In this document: positions 1 through 6,976 of the stretch, piece by piece
How the letters are laid out: each line of letters begins with the position of its first letter
Position numbering within the stretch: the stretch's first letter is position 1
From: a virus
Taxonomy: Duplodnaviria > Caudoviricetes
Length of the DNA: 27,700 bases
Virus record (IMG/VR): IMGVR_UViG_3300030012_002303
Coordinates: 1 to 27,700 of that record
Reading direction: 5' to 3' (one strand)
Program-made: the position numbers and the translations under genes
Notes under the pieces: model-generated
What the model was told of the DNA's origin: nothing
The model's database searches: none
What the model saw: the letters and a program-made list of their open reading frames with translations, nothing else

Positions 1-246
1 TACCTTACCACCAAGGTCCGAGGACAAAGATCCAAGGATCGAGTCGTCTAATACTTCAGCCAAGTTCGCATTGTGATTGTAAACTTCTGTCTGAACCTCA
101 ACCATCTCCTCATCACCTGCAAGCATGATACCCTCTGGAAGCATCTCGCCTGTTGGTACTTGGACCTCGGTCATTTGTTCTTCTGCTGTCATAGCCGGAC
201 CGCCTGGACCCATAGCCATTTCTACTGCTGTTGGTGGTAGTGCCAT
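1..246 (-). CDS. Portal protein, N-terminal part (truncated by window edge)
   Basis: My translation from ATG at 246 (TAATG-coupled to the upstream stop): MALPPTAVEMAMGPGG...EVYNHNANLAEVLDDSILGSLSSDLGGKV, open to position 1. The acidic N-terminus, NLAE motif and position two genes after terL fit a podovirus portal. Confidence 0.7.
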   Translation of the reverse strand, partial: MALPPTAVEMAMGPGGPAMTAEEQMTEVQVPTGEMLPEGIMLAGDEEMVEVQTEVYNHNANLAEVLDDSILGSLSSDLGGKV

Positions 247-1121
247 TAGTTAAACATCCCTAGTAATCGTTCCATCATTGTGGGGTCAACAGGTTTTGTA
301 GGCTCAACAGGTTTCATGCTGATACCTCTTTCCTTCAACGCCTGTTCCGCCGCTTTGTCCACTGCCTTAAATTTATCTTCTTCGTCCTCGACACCTGGTC
401 GTTGATAAAAACTATAGTCATCCTTAGAAATAGGCGCAGCAAAAACGCCTTGTTTAGCAGCAGCGCGTCCCTGCTGATAATTCATCATTGTCTCTTCTTC
501 ATCTATAGGCATGCGAGTAAACTGATCTTTTTCTTTTTGAAGATAACGCATACCAAGATGAGAAAGCTCCTCCGCCAAAACAGTCATAGCTTTTCCTTGG
601 GCTGTTTTTGTATCGTATTTAGTTCTTCCTGACGAAAAAGTGCCATCAGGTTCAGGAGCATAACCCGTGTCATAATAAACAGTACTTCCCTTTTCTGGAG
701 GAAGAAGTGACTCAATTCCTTGCTTCTGTAAAACTTCTTCAAAACCAGGAGCTTTTCTTCCTATGGTTGCCGTCGTTGTAAACGGAAGAAAACCTGGTGC
801 TCTCGTCTGACGGTAATCTTCAGACGGCAGCAACAATCCAGAAAAACCTTTGCTTGTATAGGTGTCAAAACCTTCAGGACCAGTTCTCATGCCAGCGAGG
901 ATTTCCCCTGCTCCGATACCGTCAATCTTAATACCACGTTCTAATAAATCCAGAGCAAGTCTAGCCGACGGATTATCTCGAACATATGGATCAGCCTTTG
1001 CTCGTAACTCAAGAAAAGACATCTGCTCAAGATGCTTCTTGGTCTTTTCGTCTAGCTCTGGGACCTTAAGTTTCTTTTCCTTCAGGTCCTTCTTAACCAA
1101 ATCTTTGGCGGTTTCAGCCAT
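246..1121 (-). CDS. Hypothetical protein between terL and portal, probably a virion protein; zincin-like EExxH motif
   Basis: 291-aa ORF coupled to both neighbours by TAATG overlaps; contains VLAEELSHLG. Confidence 0.75.
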   Translation of the reverse strand: MAETAKDLVKKDLKEKKLKVPELDEKTKKHLEQMSFLELRAKADPYVRDNPSARLALDLLERGIKIDGIGAGEILAGMRTGPEGFDTYTSKGFSGLLLPSEDYRQTRAPGFLPFTTTATIGRKAPGFEEVLQKQGIESLLPPEKGSTVYYDTGYAPEPDGTFSSGRTKYDTKTAQGKAMTVLAEELSHLGMRYLQKEKDQFTRMPIDEEETMMNYQQGRAAAKQGVFAAPISKDDYSFYQRPGVEDEEDKFKAVDKAAEQALKERGISMKPVEPTKPVDPTMMERLLGMFN

Positions 1122-2611
1122 TAGTAGTATTCCCGCTTTCTTGGAACGTAATCGTCCTCAAACTCTTCGCCATCAAGCCTGACAAACCCGCCTTGGCGAA
1201 AGCGCATCAATGCCATTGTCATACTATCACAAAAGTCATCATGGTCGCCATTAGGAAATGATGCAACCTCTTCTATGACTTCGTCGGCAAATTTTTCTCC
1301 AACAGGATACCACACTTTGCCAGATTCAAAAATAGGAGAAACAATATGCATACGCGCTGTCTTGTCCAGACCTCCCCCACCCTTCCGGCGACCGGGGGCA
1401 AAGGTTGCAACCGGGAGGTTCAGTAACCGCATTTCATCAGCCAATGGTTGACCAGACGCTTTTGCCTCAATCAACATCAACTCTGGGTCCCAATACTCAA
1501 ACTCTTCTCGCGCTATGGTTTTAAGTTCTGGAAAATTCCACCGACCCTTCTTTGCATCCAGCAATATCAGATGTTCTTCTGAATTCTTGTACGGACGAAA
1601 CACGCCCCATGTTGTAATAGCAGAGTAGTCAGCGGTTTCTTTCTTTGAATACGCGGTGTCATACGACTGTATTATGTAGTCTAAATCAGGGATATCGTCT
1701 TCTTCCCACTCGTTCCACCATTCCCGCTTGACCATCGCGGTTTCTTCGGACGTAGGATTTTGTTGCCACTGCGCATTCCATTTGCCCACGGACAGCGAAG
1801 CTTTGACCTTGAGAAGCTCGTCCTTTTTCCAAAATTCAGGCCATAATGGTTCCCCCGACGGCATAATCGCAGGAAATTCTACAACTTCCCACTGGTCAGC
1901 CATTACATCTTTGGCCTGTGCAGACAGTAACCTGCCCGTGATATCCTTCTTTGACCACCGAGTCTGGACAATAATTATGCTGCCACCCGGCTGGAGTCTC
2001 TGTCTAGGACCCGAAGTGTACCACTCATACGCATTATCGTAAGCAGTCGTGGACAAAGCATCTTGTTCCGAGTGTGGGTCATCGATGATAAGCAAGTCTG
2101 CGCCACGACCAGTCATCGCCGCTCCCACCCCTGCTGCGAAATATTCCCCGCCGACGCTAGTCTCCCACCGACCAGCAGCTTGGCTATCCTGTTTAAGGTC
2201 CGTGTTGGGAAAGACCTCCCGATATACCGGGTCGGCGATCAGGTCTCGGACCTTTCTCCCGAATCTTACAGCAAGTTCGGTATTCATGGTAGCCTGAATG
2301 ATTTTTAGCTTGGGATTTCTGCCCAAGAACCAGGACGGCATGAGATAGGATGCAAATTCTGATTTAGAATGTCGGGGTGGCATATTCACAATCAGTCTTT
2401 TTAAATCACCGTTTGCGATACGCTCCAGCTTTTCAGCTATGATTCTATGATGGGTCCCCTCTATGAAGTTCTCATAGACATGGTGGACGTACGACATGAA
2501 GTCTTCTTGCGCTTTGTCGCGCATCTCAAGACGTTTCGCCTGCTCCTCAAGCAGGTAGATTTCCTTGAGCACGTCGTCGGGCAGTAGTTCTAGGCTGGCT
2601 GTGTTCTCCAT
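1121..2611 (-). CDS. terL: Terminase large subunit
   Basis: Walker A region VNMPPRHSKS, Walker B LLIIDDPH, nuclease motifs QSYDTAY and FPNGDHDDFCDS. Start moved to ATG 2611 (MENTASLE...) because the upstream extension is low-complexity intergenic DNA. Confidence 0.95.
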   Translation of the reverse strand: MENTASLELLPDDVLKEIYLLEEQAKRLEMRDKAQEDFMSYVHHVYENFIEGTHHRIIAEKLERIANGDLKRLIVNMPPRHSKSEFASYLMPSWFLGRNPKLKIIQATMNTELAVRFGRKVRDLIADPVYREVFPNTDLKQDSQAAGRWETSVGGEYFAAGVGAAMTGRGADLLIIDDPHSEQDALSTTAYDNAYEWYTSGPRQRLQPGGSIIIVQTRWSKKDITGRLLSAQAKDVMADQWEVVEFPAIMPSGEPLWPEFWKKDELLKVKASLSVGKWNAQWQQNPTSEETAMVKREWWNEWEEDDIPDLDYIIQSYDTAYSKKETADYSAITTWGVFRPYKNSEEHLILLDAKKGRWNFPELKTIAREEFEYWDPELMLIEAKASGQPLADEMRLLNLPVATFAPGRRKGGGGLDKTARMHIVSPIFESGKVWYPVGEKFADEVIEEVASFPNGDHDDFCDSMTMALMRFRQGGFVRLDGEEFEDDYVPRKREYY

Positions 2612-2646
2612 ACCCGAACGATAATATATGCCAATGAATTTATCAA
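2612..2646 (-). promoter_or_regulatory. Putative sigma70 promoter for terL (possibly leaderless)
   Basis: Minus strand TTGATA-17 bp-TATCGT-6 nt-ATG; no Shine-Dalgarno. Confidence 0.45.
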
Positions 2647-2825
2647 CCCAACGACACGACACGACTGTACTGCTGACCGTCCCCCCAATATTAGGGGAGG
2701 GGGGGCTGCTTGGAACAAAACGTGAACAGATAATTTTGCAAGTAACCCCCAGACTGGGGGGGGGGTTGTGAACCATAGGTTGTAAAAAAAAATTGTATAC
2801 AACCAAATTAATTTACATTTAGCTC

Positions 2826-2854
2826 TTGACTATATGGGATGGTATGATTATATC
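2826..2854 (+). promoter_or_regulatory. Early sigma70 promoter P1
   Basis: TTGACT-17 bp-TATATC; the spacer contains ATGGGAT. Confidence 0.65.
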
Positions 2855-2889
2855 TTAGATATAACGTCATTAACAAAATGGAGAATAAA

Positions 2890-3174
2890 ATGACAAAAGC
2901 AATCAAAAAGCCAGTCGGTCGCCCAATGACCGTAACAAAGAACAAGCAAGCAAAATACGCTAGCCTGCTCTTAGCCGAGAAAGAAGCCAAGAAAGCAAGA
3001 GCTGCTTTTGAAGCAGAAATTCGTTCTGGCGTTCATTCAGATGCTTTCACTCTCGAAACACCAAAGCCAGAATATTACGTCCCTGCTGCTACATGGAAAG
3101 CAGAGGTTGGCGACGACTGGTTCGAGGCGAACAAAGTCCAGAAAAACCAACAGATGATTATTCGCCTTAAATAA
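2890..3174 (+). CDS. Small basic early protein with AT-hook-like KKPVGRP
   Basis: RBS GGAGAATAAA before ATG 2890; 94 aa; lysine-rich N-terminus. Confidence 0.75.
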   Translation: MTKAIKKPVGRPMTVTKNKQAKYASLLLAEKEAKKARAAFEAEIRSGVHSDAFTLETPKPEYYVPAATWKAEVGDDWFEANKVQKNQQMIIRLK

Positions 3175-3188
3175 TCCAAACACCAACA

Positions 3189-3206
3189 GGGGGGCTGCGG
3201 CCCCCC
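3189..3206 (+). other. GC hairpin GGGGGGC-TGCG-GCCCCCC without U-tract
   Basis: Perfect 7-bp stem, nearly identical to the terminator hairpin at 3754. Confidence 0.6.
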
Positions 3207-3220
3207 AGAAAGGTAATACA

Positions 3221-3586
3221 ATGTCATTAAATTGGAATGCAGAATCCGTCAAAGGCTGGGAAGATCTACCTAGCTATAAATACACGGTCATTGATTGGAC
3301 TATGGCTATTGGTATAGGCCAGATAAAAAAGGCTACCGTTGATGAATGGTGTGACAGAGCACGGTTCTTGCGGTTGGTCCACGGTCCTCTTTTTTGGATA
3401 AACGGAGAGCACAGACCAGATGGAAAAGACTATCATCCCCTTGAAGACCGAGAGTTCATAACACAGATGATCGGCCTTCACACTAATGCCTCGAACGTAG
3501 GCCAAGCAAAATGGTTGAAGGGACTGTATGAAGGCAAGGTCTCAGACTGGGCATGGCAACGGAGAGACGAATGTTCTGGGGAGTAA
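3221..3586 (+). CDS. Hypothetical early protein
   Basis: 121-aa ORF with AAGGT RBS. Confidence 0.75.
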   Translation: MSLNWNAESVKGWEDLPSYKYTVIDWTMAIGIGQIKKATVDEWCDRARFLRLVHGPLFWINGEHRPDGKDYHPLEDREFITQMIGLHTNASNVGQAKWLKGLYEGKVSDWAWQRRDECSGE

Positions 3587-3747
3587 TGTCAGTGATATTC
3601 GGAGCAGCAGGGGCAACCCTGCTGTTCACCGGAGCAGACCTGTGGGGACGTGATGAGTTTCCGCTATTGGCTATAGAGTTTATAGTCATGGGATCTGTAA
3701 TCTTAGCAACAGGGATTGCATTCGCAATCAAAGCAGGGAGGTGGTAA
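3571..3747 (+). CDS. Small two-TM membrane protein
   Basis: GGAGA RBS before ATG 3571; two hydrophobic segments (VMSVIFGAAGATLLFTG, LLAIEFIVMGSVILATGIAFAI). Confidence 0.6.
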   Translation: MFWGVMSVIFGAAGATLLFTGADLWGRDEFPLLAIEFIVMGSVILATGIAFAIKAGRW

Positions 3748-3753
3748 GGGACT

Positions 3754-3778
3754 GGGGGCTGCGGCCCCCTTTTCTTTT
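3754..3778 (+). terminator. Intrinsic terminator
   Basis: GGGGGC-TGCG-GCCCCC followed by TTTTCTTTT. Confidence 0.8.
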
Positions 3779-3803
3779 CGTTCAGGCGGGGGCCTGCCCC
3801 CTA

Positions 3804-3856
3804 GGTCGCAGGTCGCAGGACTAGATATATAAAGCGCGGGGCCGCAGGTCGCAGGT
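3804..3856 (+). repeat. GGYCGCA heptamer cluster 1 (4 copies) around ATATATAAAGCGCGGGG
   Basis: Copies at 3804, 3811, 3840 and 3847. Confidence 0.9.
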
Positions 3857-3898
3857 GCGGTAACATAGTACCACATCAACGCAGCGTCGAAGCAGCTC

Positions 3899-3927
3899 TT
3901 GACCTTTATAAGATTATCCCATATACT
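3899..3927 (+). promoter_or_regulatory. Early sigma70 promoter P2
   Basis: TTGACC-17 bp-TATACT; TATCCCAT runs into the -10 box. Confidence 0.8.
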
Positions 3928-3991
3928 GAACCCAAGCCCCACCTATGGGGATAACTACCCAAAATGGGTAACAACATTAGGAGAATAAAAA

Positions 3992-4228
3992 ATGTTGAAT
4001 GCAACCTTAATCAAGCAGGCGAGAAAACTTGCTAGCTCAATCTGCGAAGCCAGAAACTTAGCAGAGGAAATATCCCAAGACCTACAGCATAGCGGTGGTG
4101 TTTGGAAACCTATGAACGAAGCTCACGAAGAATTGTCAGAGCTAATTGCCGAATGGGCAGATGAGCTGGCCAACATAGAGAGCCAAGCAGATGAGCTAAT
4201 CCAACCATATGATAAGGAAATTGTATAA
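3992..4228 (+). CDS. Small acidic helical/coiled-coil early protein
   Basis: AGGAGAATAAAAA RBS; 78 aa. Confidence 0.75.
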   Translation: MLNATLIKQARKLASSICEARNLAEEISQDLQHSGGVWKPMNEAHEELSELIAEWADELANIESQADELIQPYDKEIV

Positions 4229-4407
4229 TGTCATCATCATCACAATCAATTCATACCGACGGTAACGACGTCACTATTTCAACCGAATGGTTAAACAAGG
4301 ACAGCGAAAACAGAACAAGGCTGTTAATTGTAAAGACAGAAAACCATGAGGTGACATTCTTCATGGATGAGGATTGCAAAATCCTGTTTAACGTCGGCAG
4401 GGATTAG
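4228..4407 (+). CDS. Hypothetical 59-aa protein (not in ORF track)
   Basis: TAATG-coupled; MSSSSQSIHTDGNDVTISTEW...KILFNVGRD*; ends just before a terminator. Confidence 0.6.
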   Translation: MSSSSQSIHTDGNDVTISTEWLNKDSENRTRLLIVKTENHEVTFFMDEDCKILFNVGRD

Positions 4408-4424
4408 AGAGTTTCTCCCGTACT

Positions 4425-4455
4425 GGGCCAGCGCAAGCTGGCCCGGTTTCGTTTT
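4425..4455 (+). terminator. Intrinsic terminator with GNRA loop
   Basis: GGGCCAGC-GCAA-GCTGGCCC followed by GGTTTCGTTTT. Confidence 0.8.
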
Positions 4456-4472
4456 AAAAAATTTTTTTTCAT

Positions 4473-4543
4473 ATATATAAAGCGCGGGGTCGCAGGTCGC
4501 AGGTCGCAGGATTACACAAAAGAACAAGGCCGCAGGCCGCAGG
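4473..4543 (+). repeat. GGYCGCA heptamer cluster 2 (5 copies) preceded by ATATATAAAGCGCGGGG
   Basis: Copies at 4488, 4495, 4502, 4528 and 4535. Confidence 0.9.
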
Positions 4544-4551
4544 ATTAAGGC

Positions 4552-4580
4552 TTGCATCATGTGGGAATATCCCATACAAT
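4552..4580 (+). promoter_or_regulatory. Early sigma70 promoter P3 with palindromic operator TGGGA-ATA-TCCCA
   Basis: TTGCAT-17 bp-TACAAT. Confidence 0.75.
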
Positions 4581-4609
4581 AAAGAGACCATAACAATAGG
4601 AGAATAAAA

Positions 4610-5284
4610 ATGGTTGCAATACTTTCTAAACCGTCAAAAATGCCGGGGACTAGTTTTTCAGTCCCCGCGCAACGTTGCGTTACTGGCGCAAAACTTGCAA
4701 AGATTCCCGGCTCAGTCTGTTATGACTGCTACGCATTAAAAGGCGCGTACATATGGCCTATAGTTCAGAACGCTATGGAATACAGACTGGACTTGTTAAA
4801 CTCTTCAGAGTTTGTTTCCACAATGGTTGCAGAATTAAACAAGCGACGCGCAACAGAACATCGCTGGTTCGATTCTGGCGACGTTCACAGCGTCGCACAT
4901 TGCTTAAAAATAATCGCAGTTTGCAGGTTAACACCGAATAAAAAACACTGGATACCAACCAAAGAACGCAAGCTTTGGCAGGAAGCTTTAAAAATGGAAA
5001 GCTTGCCGGACAACGCTGTAGTAAGATATAGCGCAACAATGGTAGACAAAGCCCCGCCTAAAGATTGGGAAAATTCAAGCGCGGTTATAACAGACAAGGC
5101 CGCGTCAATTGGCAAACTGTGTGAAGCTTACCGGACAAAAAAGAACGGTCAGATGATATCACATGACGAATACGAAACCGCCAAGAAAGAAAAACAGATA
5201 GGCAAGATTGACCTTGGTTACTGTGGCGACTGCCGCGCTTGCTGGTCGCCTGCCGTCAAAACAGTTTCATATCCCAAACACTAG
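4610..5284 (+). CDS. GP88-family cysteine-rich (Fe-S / radical-SAM-like) phage protein
   Basis: LSKPSKMPG, C-x13-C-x2-CYA, RWFDSGD, HWIPTKE and C-terminal CGDCRACW match my recollection of the GP88 family. Confidence 0.75.
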   Translation: MVAILSKPSKMPGTSFSVPAQRCVTGAKLAKIPGSVCYDCYALKGAYIWPIVQNAMEYRLDLLNSSEFVSTMVAELNKRRATEHRWFDSGDVHSVAHCLKIIAVCRLTPNKKHWIPTKERKLWQEALKMESLPDNAVVRYSATMVDKAPPKDWENSSAVITDKAASIGKLCEAYRTKKNGQMISHDEYETAKKEKQIGKIDLGYCGDCRACWSPAVKTVSYPKH

Positions 5285-5295
5285 GAACAAGATTA

Positions 5296-5442
5296 ATGGA
5301 AGCGGAACAAATAGCAGATTTTATTAGAGACCATTGGCAGCAGTTTGGATGTTATCCAATGGAAGTCGAAACAGACAACGCCGTCTACACATTTGACCAG
5401 TACTGGTCAATTTTAGATGCCGCAGGCTATGAATTTAATTAA
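5296..5442 (+). CDS. Hypothetical 48-aa protein
   Basis: AGGA RBS, ATG 5296, MEAEQIADFIRDHWQQFGCYP... Confidence 0.55.
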   Translation: MEAEQIADFIRDHWQQFGCYPMEVETDNAVYTFDQYWSILDAAGYEFN

Positions 5443-5526
5443 CCTTGTCGCCCAGACTGATTATTGACAACAGTCTGGGCATTCCTTATTCTGATCATGA
5501 TCATTTTAGATTCTCCAATAACTATG

Positions 5527-5681
5527 GGCCGCAGGCGCAGGACGCAGGTGGCCCACTCTTTTATAAAGACCAGAGGTCGCAGGCCGCAGGCCGCAGGTTC
5601 AAGGCGCAGGAATCTAGATCACCAGAGAATAAGGCCGCAGGCCGCAGGTCATCGAACCGCGCACCTTGGATCTGGGCCGCA
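5527..5681 (+). repeat. GGYCGCA heptamer cluster 3 (about 10 copies including variants)
   Basis: Copies or variants at 5527, 5534, 5540, 5575, 5582, 5589, 5603, 5633, 5640 and 5675; partly inside the antisense nuclease gene. Confidence 0.9.
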
Positions 5682-5977
5682 AGACCCCCGTCAAATAAAA
5701 AAGCAAGTCCCTCCGTGGGGCTGTAAGCAAGAAAAAAACTTACGCCACCACAGCGAGAATGGCTGGTATGCCATGCAATCTGTGAGGGTTGTATCTCGAT
5801 TGCGTTATTTTTTGTTATTTTTAATTCAACCCATACGGGTACGCCATCGATGCACAGATAACAGTCTGGCATCCCCTCTGAAACACGGTTTTCAATCCGT
5901 TGGCAATGGGTTTTTTTCGGCAGGGACTTCTTCAAAGACAGCCACAGTTTCCTCTCTGTGTTCAATGACTTTGGCAT
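5561..5977 (-). CDS. VRR-NUC / Holliday-junction-resolvase-like PD-(D/E)xK nuclease
   Basis: E...GMPD...WVELK...SQIAW pattern; GAAGGGG RBS; overlaps the terS 3' end. Confidence 0.8.
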   Translation of the reverse strand: MPKSLNTERKLWLSLKKSLPKKTHCQRIENRVSEGMPDCYLCIDGVPVWVELKITKNNAIEIQPSQIAWHTSHSRCGGVSFFLAYSPTEGLAFLFDGGLAAQIQGARFDDLRPAALFSGDLDSCALNLRPAACDLWSL

Positions 5978-6479
5978 CTGCTATTTCCCCTTCAATGAAT
6001 GCGTGTGGGTATGACTTCCGCAGTTCAGCGAGACGGGCAACAATGTCCTGTTTACTCATGTTGTCAAGCTGATGGATGTGTTGTTGTTCACGCCTGTCAA
6101 TAGTAAGACCGCCCAGAGCGGAGCGGATTTTCTCAGCGTTGATTGCGGCAGAGTATTGCCCTGCTTCTTCCGCACCCCTCGACAGTTCGTCCAGACGTTT
6201 AAGCTGATGCATCAGGGTCACGCCATATTTTCTTTCAGCCGCCTGTCTGAGTTCTTTTATCAGTTCGACAACTTCTGGAAAGTCTGTGCCGTTGAGAAAT
6301 TTGCTGGCCTGTATTCTGGCAGATTTTTCTGCGTACCCTGCCAGCCTTGCACACTCAGCGTTGCTGTGCCTACCCTCGACATAAAACTTGGCAAAAGTCT
6401 TTTGACGTTCTGTCAATCCTGCTGGTCTGCCGACCTTGCCTATAGTGTTTTCTGTGGGTTTTTTGTTTTCAGATTTCAA
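5892..6479 (-). CDS. terS: Terminase small subunit
   Basis: HTH-like LTERQKTFAKFYVEG...AECARLAGYA...ASKFL. Likely TTG start at 6479 with GGGAG RBS. Confidence 0.8.
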   Translation of the reverse strand: MKSENKKPTENTIGKVGRPAGLTERQKTFAKFYVEGRHSNAECARLAGYAEKSARIQASKFLNGTDFPEVVELIKELRQAAERKYGVTLMHQLKRLDELSRGAEEAGQYSAAINAEKIRSALGGLTIDRREQQHIHQLDNMSKQDIVARLAELRKSYPHAFIEGEIADAKVIEHREETVAVFEEVPAEKNPLPTD

Positions 6480-6504
6480 AATCAACTCCCGTGCCGACTT
6501 AAAA

Positions 6505-6612
6505 GTGTAACAACGTGTCACAAGTGTAACAGCTGTAATCGTTGCTGTGTATGGCTTTGTTACGCTGTTACGTCTGTTACGCCTAATTTCAAAAATTTTT
6601 ATAAAAAATTAA
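6505..6612. repeat. Inverted iteron array plus AT-rich tract (candidate origin or pac element)
   Basis: GTGTAACA, GTGTCACA, GTGTAACA, CTGTAATC (6505-6540) face three TGTTACG (6558, 6566, 6575), then TAATTTCAAAAATTTTTATAAAAAATTAA. Confidence 0.65.
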
Positions 6613-6650
6613 AGGGCGGAAAAAACTTTATAGTAATGTGCATTTTATGC

Positions 6651-6678
6651 TTGACTATCCCATGTGGTCTTATAATAT
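6651..6678 (+). promoter_or_regulatory. Early sigma70 promoter P4
   Basis: TTGACT followed by ATCCCAT; TATAAT/TAATAT at 14/16 bp spacing; GGAGG RBS downstream. Confidence 0.6.
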
Positions 6679-6718
6679 GGTCTTATGAGTTACGTTATTA
6701 TATCGGAGGAAAAGTGAT

Positions 6719-6976
6719 ATGACAACAGAAGCGCAAAGAATACAGGACATAGGTTCGTGGATCGAGGACGGAGACTTTAAGTTCATCAACGAAGGGTCAA
6801 TCGTTTTGGTTCAGCCTATGAATGATGATGCGGCTCAGTGGCTGACACAAACATCTAATGATGCGTATGAGTCTGGTGTTGAGTGGCAATTCTTTGGTCG
6901 TTCCTTGGTCATCGAACCAAGGTACATGGATAACATTTTATGCCTTCTGGATGAAGAAGGCTGGAGGGTAAGCTAA
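6719..6976 (+). CDS. Hypothetical acidic early protein
   Basis: GGAGG RBS; 85 aa. Confidence 0.8.
   Translation: MTTEAQRIQDIGSWIEDGDFKFINEGSIVLVQPMNDDAAQWLTQTSNDAYESGVEWQFFGRSLVIEPRYMDNILCLLDEEGWRVS

Noticed and set aside
2612-2806. 65-aa N-terminal extension of TerL in the ORF track
   Set aside because: It translates homopolymer-rich intergenic DNA; ATG 2611 gives a typical length.
3804-5681. Heptamer clusters as a CRISPR array
   Set aside because: Units are 7 bp, tandem and irregular, with no 25-45 bp repeats, no unique spacers and no cas genes.
5445-6722. Plus-strand ORFs 5445..5726, 5464..6072 and 6072..6722
   Set aside because: They are antisense shadows of the nuclease and terS genes or translations of the repeats, with no RBS or recognisable motifs.
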